From Schmidtea polychroa (lineage: Eukaryota), in the NCBI GenBank assembly GCA_044892525.1, contig CM097885.1, forward strand, positions 12,154,001 through 12,218,000: DNA of 64,000 bases, read 5' to 3'. This document shows positions 53,581 to 64,000 of the stretch, piece after piece. The position numbers and the translations under genes are program-made. Each line of letters opens with the position of its first letter. Position 1 is the first letter of the stretch. Below the pieces are notes generated by a model that saw nothing but the letters and a program-made list of their open reading frames with translations, was not told the DNA's origin and made no database searches.

Positions 53581-54280
53581 ATCAAAAACATCGATATATT
53601 TACTGATTCATAGTCAAGCCTTTTAATAAATACAACATTAAATAAGTAAATGATAATACAAACCTTTTGTTGCAAAGTATATAAAATGAGATGAAAAAAA
53701 TTTCGATGATTGCTTAATTTTATTGATTTTGAAATTTTCTTCTCATTTTCAAATTCTTTTTTCTCACTTTTTTCTCAGAATTCCGAAGAAATAACACCTT
53801 TATTATATACATTTCTTATACATTTTATAGTTTAGATATTCTTAACAGCGCTGGCCTACCGTCCGCAAACGGTTAAAAAACTTGACTATAAATCAGCAAA
53901 GATATCAATGTTTTTTTGATATTCACGAATTTTCGGTCCTGTCCTTTTCAAATAATTTTCAAGTTAAAATCACTTAAAAAAGACAGTGCCAAAAATTCAT
54001 CAATATCAAAAAAGCATCGATATCTTTGGTGATTTATAGTCAAGTTTTTAAAAAAAATACAATGTTGATTGAAAAGTAATCAGTGGTAAAAATTGAAAAA
54101 TGTTCTTATAATAAAATAGTTCACGTTTATATGAGTAATTTATTAACAAATATGACAGCTGTCCTGAAGCAAAATAGTTATTTATTACAATTATTTAATT
54201 ACTTAATTAATAAATTTTAACCTTGATATTTTATATAATAAATCAATCAATATGTAATTTTATATTTGTACACATAAATA

Positions 54281-54686
54281 CGTGCTGCGCCCAATAAGTA
54301 CTTAAACTTGACAAAAAATAATTATTGTATAACAATTTCCCAGTCCACACATCTTACCTGGCAACAGTTGTAATTGACTCATGTGAATTTTCATTGGTAC
54401 CCCATCCACCACACATTCCCGACCTTGCTCCTAGTTATTTTTACTTCTCTTGACTCATTGTGCCAGTGATTTGCAGCAGCATGTCATGAATTTGCTGACT
54501 TTATACTCCAAAACCTTCTATGAAAAGTACATTTGGATTTTGTGTGACGGTGGTAAAGTGCTTGGAAGTTTGCAGACCTTACTTCCAGAAATAAATCTTT
54601 ACCAAAGCTTGTTTGGTACTGAAAGTTTGAATAAAATTATTAGCTTATTTCTTGTCTAGTCTAAGTACTTATTGAGTGTACCATGT
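54281..54686. mobile_element. Non-autonomous TIR element (possibly Chapaev3-derived)
   Basis: Imperfect inverted ends CAATAAGTACTTAAACTTGACAA / TTGTCTAGTCTAAGTACTTATTG; exact termini are decayed. Confidence 0.55.
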
Positions 54687-55644
54687 TTAATCGAAATTGA
54701 AATTTATTATAAAATCATTAAAAATTATTAAATAAAAACTTTTGGATTTAATGGATTAAAAATAAATTAAAAATTTTTAAAAACAAAATACATATTTTTA
54801 GAAAATAATAATTCATTAAAATTCGTACGCATTAATATATGTGAAAGAGAAAATTACTTTAAAATCGTTTTAATATATTTCAATAATTATTACATTAATA
54901 TTTGTAAGACTATAGATTAAAACAATATATAAATTATTGAATTAAAAAAAATGATCAAATGTGAAACTGAAAGATAAATAAAAAAGTTAACATAATATAA
55001 AAAATAATATTATGGAATAAAATTTTTATTAAATTTTTTAAAAATTAAAAACGTATTTTAAATAATTATGTGTGCCATATATGTTCCATTTTTAGCAACA
55101 CTTTATTTCAATTAATAAATCATATTTCCATGGCAACATATGATGATATTTCTTATAATATAAAACCGCATAAATTCTATCTCTTTCTTTGGTTTTCTTA
55201 CCACTACTTAATTGTTATCGAACATCACACCTCTTTTTCTTTCAATATTTATTAAACAAATAACTGAAGAGTTACCGCTTATCAAGTTAATCTTGACAAC
55301 GATTTTGTGATAAAGATAATTTGAATGTTGATTAAAACAATATCAATTCGACTCTTTTCCTCGCAATAAATATTTATTTACTTTAGGTAAACACAATCTC
55401 CTCGCATTCTCTTAAAATTAAACCAAGAACTAAATAAAAAGTTGACAAAGAATTCTTCAAAAGCAATTTTTATTTTGAAAAGAATCCTAATAAGTAGCGA
55501 GGCAATGCAACGCAGTCATCTTTTTCTTTACAACAAATATACCATCAAACGGCATAAATGTCTAGAGCGCTTTTCTGTGCAAGGAATCGTGGACAACGAG
55601 AACATCGAGATGAAATTTTATGCTTATGTTGCAGTGACTACTAC

Positions 55645-55832
<188 letters not shown>

Positions 55833-56881
55833 TAATGAGTAAAAGGCATTAGAAAATGTATTTTCATGATAATAAAGTCGTATAACTGATGAAAAAAAAC
55901 AAATCGTAACTTCTCTAATGAACGTACAAGATTGTTGCAATTTACGTGCATGATATATTGAAAATGTAATGAATTAATAAGTAAAACAATAACAAGATTT
56001 CCATTCATATTACATTCTCATAAGACTAATTTAAAACAAAACGCTATGAAAACAATAATATAGTCTAAGAATTATTTTACTTAACAACTGTAAATTTCGA
56101 TGAGTTATTTGCTGTGGATTTCTCACTAAATTTGAGGAAATCTAACACAAATATTTAATCAAAATTTACTGGAAAGTATTAGTAAATAGAGGCTACATAT
56201 AAAAATGATGATCATATTTGATCCTCGGGTCCTGATGACAAGCATCGCTTTGAAATTTGATGGTTGTTAGACAGTTATCATTGAAATTAGATTAACTCTC
56301 AGAGCAACAATCAAAATTCTATAAGCCTCGCTCAGCCGTATCAATTCATTCGAATCTTGGAAGTTTACCGAAGTGTAAAGTGGGAGAATTGTCAAAATAT
56401 TATAATAAAAATTTATAATATTATTATTAACAATTGCTTACTCGGTTTGACGTGAGGAATTTTCGAATTGCAAAATGTTAAGTAAATTCAATGTTGGGAA
56501 AACAAGAATATAGTTTTCAATGAAATGGAGACAGCTGTATTTAAATCCCGAAACGTTTATATGGCTCACGTGTGTTTCACAGCACTTTATAATTGATTAA
56601 TTAATCGATCGGATTAAAGCTTGTAGGGTTCGATAATTTCCTCAAGAAAATCCTGTAACATATGGAAAGTGTTTGCACAGAAAAACTCTAAACAAAACTG
56701 ATTTATTGCAAATTATGCATGGCTAGATTGAGTATTTTGTTTTAATGGGGCTCTAATTACCGACTTAAATTTAATCAAGATTTGCTTATTGCTAATATTT
56801 CTTGTGGTATATTTTAATTTTTAATTTTAAACCTTTATTAACAGCCTTACTATTTTCTCTTATTAGTTAGAATAGAATTAA

Positions 56882-57085
<204 letters not shown>

Positions 57086-59151
57086 TGGATTAGAGATTCA
57101 AATCAAACATTACAATCATTTAATTTTTTTCATTTATAAAAGCAAATTTTTTAAAAGATTTTCTTTATTATCTTATCATTAAATAAATATATCGTTTATT
57201 ATCTAGGAAAATTACGTTTTGTTAAAATTTATCATGTTGCTTATCATATTTTTATTTGTTTGTATTTCGTATTTTAAATAAGAATAAATGCGGTTCTTCT
57301 GATTTTATAGATGAAACAAAATAATTTTCAAACATAATTTTGATAAATTTTGAATCATTGCATTTCTTGAAAATAATTAACATGTGCAAATTGCGAACCC
57401 ATTCAAATCAATTTGGGTCGAGTTGACATATTATTTTTACTGATATAACCCATTAACACCCAAAAGAAAACTACATATAAAAATTACTTTTAATCGTTAT
57501 TTATTATGACATATTGAGTAAATTAGAACATTTATAACAAAAATATTGAGAAAATATTGAATTTTTTCGTAGACTACTAGTGCCATTTATTGTTAAAATG
57601 GGTCACTACTTCCAGGATAATCATTATAGAAAAACATGAAATCACGCCTTTAACAATTATAAGTACAGTGAGAGGTAATGGGATAAGGTAGTCGAGCGAT
57701 GAACAACATATAACTTGATAGAACTGTCAGCTTAGCAAAGATTACATAATGTGCTATGCAAGTCAATTGGTACAGATAGTAGTCAGTGTGCACAGCACAT
57801 TATTCCAGCACAGGTGGTTAATATGAAATGAGTATTCACATTTTAATTTTAATGTTATGATATTTAGTCTTTTTAATGATGTCAAAAATGACAGTGATAA
57901 ATAGTGATGACAGACAATGATTGATCGAAAAGAACAAAGGTATTACCAATACATTCAGAACCTTCTTTTACAATATATAGCCTCAATTCTTTTGGCTTTG
58001 CCTTTATTTTTGTCGTGATAGCTTGAAGTTTGAACGTTAATTACTATTATTATTATGTATTTAGCTGCAAAGGCTTATCTTATCATTTACTTGTTTAATA
58101 TTGTTATAAACCCTTAAATAGAATTATGAGAATTACGAAGTTCTCAACCAAACTGACAGGCAAACCATGTGTTTGATCGTGTTCAAACCTGCAAGTTGTG
58201 GTGGTGAGTTTTACAGACGAAAAGCGGTCTTACTGGTTGGAACACGAAAATGTTTTGATTTAAATTGAATGGGGTTTTTATGATGACCGTCTGTAAACGG
58301 TTTTAGTTGTTAAAGGGTAAATATTATCTTGCCAATTTTAATGTATTATCAAGTTATTTGAAATCAAATTTCATTTAATATTCTCCTGGGATATAAGAAC
58401 TTCAAAAAGAGAATTAAAAACATCCGTTTTATTTTGTAAACATTTATCTGGCAAACAAAAGTTTTAATTAATCTGTAAACAATTTTTCTTAATTAAAACA
58501 AAAGAAATTCAATCACAAAATTTTTGATTATTTAAATGAATGGTAAAATTGAATGCTACTAGAAATTCAGCTGGTTTGTAACTTTTTATTGTTTAATTTA
58601 TTATATGGAAATATGAATTTCTATTTTCGGATATGTAGAGATACAGGACTCATCCCGTACCTCTTTCTGTTGGGTTATATTTTGTTGGCATAATTGATTT
58701 CAATTTAGGAATTACAGGAACCAAATTAATTAAACCAATATTTTACATTTTTTTAAACTAAAAATTATTATTTTATTATAATTATGGTAATAAATTTAAT
58801 TATGTAACTCTTAATAACATGTCTTTTTAGGTTTAAATTTATGGTAAATTTATGTCAATATTTTCAAAATTCTAGAATCTTTTTGGTACTCTCTTTCTAC
58901 TTACTAAATAGCATTGACTAATAAATATTTCGCTCCATACATATGACTATTTTTAAATTATTTTAATTATTTTTTAATTATATATTTTATTTTTTATTAT
59001 TTTTTTTATTAATGCTAATTATTCTAATTTATATTAATGTTTATTATTTTATTTAATTATATATTTTATTTTCATTAATATTAATTTTTAATTATTTATT
59101 TTTAATAATGTAAATTATTTATTTTATATTAAATATTTTTATTTAAATGCA

Positions 59152-59276
<125 letters not shown>

Positions 59277-60128
59277 TTACATCATTTTACATTTTGTTCT
59301 GTAATTATGGTTTATAACATTATATTAAGGTGACTTTTTAAGACAAAATTATTATATGAAAATTATTTATGGTTTTTCATGAAAATATTTGTTAATTTAT
59401 GACAACAAAACGCAATATTATAAAAATTTTATTTTGATTCAACTTTGTTACCTTTCAGTCTCCATTTTTGGGACAATACGTGATATTTCTTTAATACAAT
59501 ATAGAAAAAATAAATTAAATAATATGAACTAAAATTTATGATTTATTTGTTAAGAATGATACGAAGTAAATATTCTTGGCAGGAAATTAAACCCTTTGAA
59601 ATTTCAGTTGTCTTTCACACCTGCTGTGAATCGCTTTGACGTCTTTAAAAGGTGGTAATCAGGGTCAATATTTATACCAAAAACCATTGGCGAAGAATAT
59701 TTATTATTTGGAAAGGTTTCAGCATAAATTCAATTTCTGGAAGAATTGATAGTCAAACTATCCAAAAAATAATATTTAAGTTTGTTGATATTATATTACA
59801 GATAAGTTCACTTTATTAAAACATTAGAAAATAAAAAATAAATTTCATATTGCTACTTTAGTAAAAATGTCTATTTTTCAAGCAAAAGTGACTAAATGCA
59901 AAATTTTGCAGCTTTAAAGTTTTGACAAAAAGTATCAATTGTAATATTTTGAACATATTTTTAACTAATAAAAGTGATGATAATAGATATCATTTTGATT
60001 TATCAGCATAACTGATAAGAGGGCGATGCAAATCATTGGGGCCCACGATATGATTATATTTGGCATTTTTATATAATTAAATAATTTAAGTTTATATGTA
60101 TTAAGTTTATATGTATCATGGAATTTCA

Positions 60129-60659
60129 TCTAATATATAAAGATGAAAGTTTGTTTGTTTGTTTGTTTTCTATAGAATTCCCCACCGTTGGACTTAGGGT
60201 GCTGAAATTTTGTATGTGGCCCTCATTTGACTCAGGACAGGTCATAGGCTATGCTTAACTCCCAAGTGACCACCCCTAGGTTACCCTAAATCGGTTTTTT
60301 GTCTGTCCGGTAAGAAATTTACCATATAAATAATAATTTTTATATGATTGCTACTTGCAGTTGAAAGTAATATAATTTAGTCAAAAGTTTTCAAAGCAGA
60401 ATTCAAACATGGAGAATTTTAATTTTATTTGATTAGTAAACCAGTTTGCAATTGGAAAAATATTGCCAGTTATTTTTCGATTTAAATTGGAGTGCGTTTG
60501 AAATTTATTTTGAAAGCTTTTCTTATTGTGAATTAAATATGGAATTGAAGCTGTTATAAAATTAATACTGGAACGTAATAACATCATTAAACAAAAAATT
60601 AATTTAAATGAATTATTATAATAAATGTAAACTCGGGCGAAGCTGGGTACAACAGCTAG
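60129..60659 (+). mobile_element. Non-autonomous Helitron, copy 1
   Basis: A|TCTAATATATAAA 5' end, (GTTT)n, subterminal hairpin CTCGGGCGAAGCTGGG, CTAG|T 3' end, no TSD. Confidence 0.85.
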
Positions 60660-61120
60660 TAAGTAATAAATAGGATAACTAAAACAAATGTTTTTTTTTA
60701 AAAAATATATCAGTTTGTAATTGCAAAGAGGACCCGTACTGATGAATTGCATCAGGAGCCCGGCCTAGACCTTGCCGGCCCTGTTTAGCAGTAAAATATT
60801 CAATTTTTTGTTTACATTTGATCTTTTTTTTAAGATTTAATAAATTTTTATTACGATTATAAATCAAAATTTTATTTGTCATAATGACACTTGACAAATG
60901 CAGCTTTAAAGTTTTGACAAAAAGTATCAATTGTAATATTTTGAACATATTTTTAACTAATAAAAGTGATGATAATAGATATCATTTTGATTTATCAGCA
61001 TAACTGATAAGAGGGCGATGCAAATCATTGGGGCCCACGATATGATTATATTTGGCATTTTTATATAATTAAATAATTTAAGTTTATATGTATTAAGTTT
61101 ATATGTATCATGGAATTTCA

Positions 61121-61651
61121 TCTAATATATAAAGATGAAAGTTTGTTTGTTTGTTTGTTTTCTATAGAATTCCCCACCGTTGGACTTAGGGTGCTGAAAT
61201 TTTGTATGTGGCCCTCATTTGACTCAGGACAGGTCATAGGCTATGTTTAACTCCCAAGTGACCACCCCTAGGTTACCCTAAATCGGTTTTTTGTCTGTCC
61301 GGTAAGAAATTTACCATATAAATAATAATTTTTATATGATTGCTACTTGCAGTTGAAAGTAATATAATTTAGTCAAAAGTTTTCAAAGCAGAATTCAAAC
61401 ATGGAGAATTTTAATTTTATTTGATTAGTAAACCAGTTTGCAATTGGAAAAATATTGCCAGTTATTTTTCGATTTAAATTGGAGTGCGTTTGAAATTTAT
61501 TTTGAAAGCTTTTCTTATTGTGAATTAAATATGGAATTGAAGCTGTTATAAAATTAATACTGGAACGTAATAACATCATTAAACAAAAAATTAATTTAAA
61601 TGAATTATTATAATAAATGTAAACTCGGGCGAAGCTGGGTACAACAGCTAG
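61121..61651 (+). mobile_element. Non-autonomous Helitron, copy 2
   Basis: Same as copy 1, offset 992 bp. Confidence 0.85.
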
Positions 61652-62112
61652 TAAGTAATAAATAGGATAACTAAAACAAATGTTTTTTTTTAAAAAATAT
61701 ATCAGTTTGTAATTGCAAAGAGGACCCGTACTGATGAATTGCATCAGGAGCCCGGCCTAGACCTTGCCGGCCCTGTTTAGCAGTAAAATATTCAATTTTT
61801 TGTTTACATTTGATCTTTTTTTTAAGATTTAATAAATTTTTATTACGATTATAAATCAAAATTTTATTTGTCATAATGACACTTGACAAATGCAGCTTTA
61901 AAGTTTTGACAAAAAGTATCAATTGTAATATTTTGAACATATTTTTAACTAATAAAAGTGATGATAATAGATATCATTTTGATTTATCAGCATAACTGAT
62001 AAGAGGGCGATGCAAATCATTGGGGCCCACGATATGATTATATTTGGCATTTTTATATAATTAAATAATTTAAGTTTATATGTATTAAGTTTATATGTAT
62101 CATGGAATTTCA

Positions 62113-62643
62113 TCTAATATATAAAGATGAAAGTTTGTTTGTTTGTTTGTTTTCTATAGAATTCCCCACCGTTGGACTTAGGGTGCTGAAATTTTGTATG
62201 TGGCCCTCATTTGACTCAGGACAGGTCATAGGCTATGTTTAACTCCCAAGTGACCACCCCTAGGTTACCCTAAATCGGTTTTTTGTCTGTCCGGTAAGAA
62301 ATTTACCATATAAATAATAATTTTTATATGATTGCTACTTGCAGTTGAAAGTAATATAATTTAGTCAAAAGTTTTCAAAGCAGAATTCAAACATGGAGAA
62401 TTTTAATTTTATTTGATTAGTAAACCAGTTTGCAATTGGAAAAATATTGCCAGTTATTTTTCGATTTAAATTGGAGTGCGTTTGAAATTTATTTTGAAAG
62501 CTTTTCTTATTGTGAATTAAATATGGAATTGAAGCTGTTATAAAATTAATACTGGAACGTAATAACATCATTAAACAAAAAATTAATTTAAATGAATTAT
62601 TATAATAAATGTAAACTCGGGCGAAGCTGGGTACAACAGCTAG
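62113..62643 (+). mobile_element. Non-autonomous Helitron, copy 3
   Basis: Same as copy 1, offset 1984 bp. Confidence 0.85.
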
Positions 62644-63464
62644 TAAGTAATAAATAGGATAACTAAAACAAATGTTTTTTTTTAAAAAATATATCAGTTT
62701 GTAATTGCAAAGAGGACCCGTACTGATGAATTGCATCAGGAGCCCGGCCTAGACCTTGCCGGCCCTGTTTAGCAGTAAAATATTCAATTTTTTGTTTACA
62801 TTTGATCTTTTTTTTAAGATTTAATAAATTTTTATTACGATTATAAATCAAAATTTTATTTGTCATAATGACACTTGACAAATGCATTACCAAAGAGACA
62901 TTACCAATAATAGGTAAAAAATTAATTATGTTAATAGTAAATTCATACAATTATTGTAACATATAATATTCGTTAAAAATCATCCATTATTATAAAAGTA
63001 TTTCTTTCCCCATTACGAAGAATCGAGATTTGAATATATACAACTAAACAGTTTCAAATTACGTCATCAACTAGTCTAATGATGTCATGTCCTGGCAAAG
63101 ATAGTTTTATAAACATTTTTAGTTTAAAACTTCGGGATTTTATAGTAGAACAATTTTCAGTAAAATGGTTTATTTATTATTTCATATATTTTAAGTCCAA
63201 GCATGAATAAACGACAGTTGAAACGAATTAAAGTGAATTGTCTTTAGTGAAACCATGCCAAATTTGACGAGGAAATTAACCATATGGCTACCTAACTAAA
63301 GGAAAATTCCAGTTGGTATAAAAAAGTGCGACTCGATAAGTGAAGGTGATTTGAGTATAAATATTTATTATATGGAATTTTCTTTTATTTGATATCAAGA
63401 GCATGAAAAGTCAGTATTATTAATCGGCCATTTTTATTAATATTACTCGCCATTTTGATAAAAT

Positions 63465-63532
<68 letters not shown>

Positions 63533-64000
63533 ACAAATTCTTAATTAACCGTTCCTGATACATAAATACTCCACTGAAACTCCAAAAAAACAAATAAAAC
63601 TATAACTGATAACGTTGCAGACCACTCATTCTATCTTACCCTCGGATTATAATTTGGTGGTGGTCTTGCTAAACATCTTCAACTCCCTCCAAACCACTGA
63701 GAGCAGTGCACTTATCGGGAGGACTAAACAATTTTATCTATCAATTTCTAACGTACAATTGTTTTCCAAAAAACTTTAACGAAATGTACCAATCCAAATA
63801 TTATAATCAAATCCATTACTAAACCAATTACGATTAAGAACACTATTTTATCCAAAATGACTAAGGGGAATCCATCAACATTTCGAGAGAGGCAATATTG
63901 TTGGGGTTGGGCTTGCTCAGGGAGCAATTTCAATAGCCATATAGAGGCTAGGATTGTAATTATAATGGGAATAGGTATAAATAATATAATAAAACGAACA

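Larger units (their letters stand above)
59907..62886. repeat. Tandem triplication of a 992-bp unit
   Basis: Units start TGCAGCTTTAAAG at 59907, 60899 and 61891; identical ORF-track entries recur at 992-bp spacing. Confidence 0.97.

Noticed and set aside
56232..56262. CTGATGA...GAAA hammerhead-like string (also CTGATGA at about 60739 and its copies)
   Set aside because: No stem I or valid stem III/NUH site; the 60739 copies have no stem II-GAAA.
58108..58320. Possible third piggyBac-type MITE (CCCTT...AAGGG)
   Set aside because: The TTAA flanks and TIRs are too degenerate to support a call.
60381..62950. Repeated 123-aa and 89-95-aa minus-strand ORFs
   Set aside because: They are antisense readings across Helitron/MITE sequence in the triplicated unit, with no recognisable domain.
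63530..64000. Possible decayed retroelement RT, or a membrane-protein exon, at the window end
   Set aside because: Similarity is too weak and frames are interrupted; it needs a homology search.

Overview
Very AT-rich animal genomic DNA. The mix of 40-bp and 19-25 kb introns, dense (AAT)n tracts and DNA-transposon debris suggests a planarian/flatworm, which is inference only. The backbone is the 5' half of an ether-a-go-go (eag/KCNH1-5 type) K+ channel gene on the minus strand: five phase-compatible coding exons from the ATG at 47285 down to 1468, continuing out of the window to the left. Two intact, intronless, 350-aa proline-racemase-family paralogues flank eag exon 1. One is nested antisense inside the 25-kb first coding intron and the other ends about 520 bp upstream of the eag ATG. 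Both resemble animal L3HYPDH but carry the Cys/Cys racemase/epimerase catalytic pair (DRSPCGSG) instead of the dehydratase Cys/Thr pair. The introns hold an intact IS630/Tc1-like DD34E transposon whose TIRs are 21-bp tandem arrays, plus hAT, Merlin, piggyBac, pogo/Tigger, Chapaev-like and Helitron elements, long foldback elements with AGTAG termini, and a 992-bp tandem triplication. Several families of Penelope-type repeats carry minimal hammerhead-ribozyme motifs, including U3-A8 core variants, often as inverted pairs. Most other ORFs in the track are microsatellite or AT-rich artefacts.
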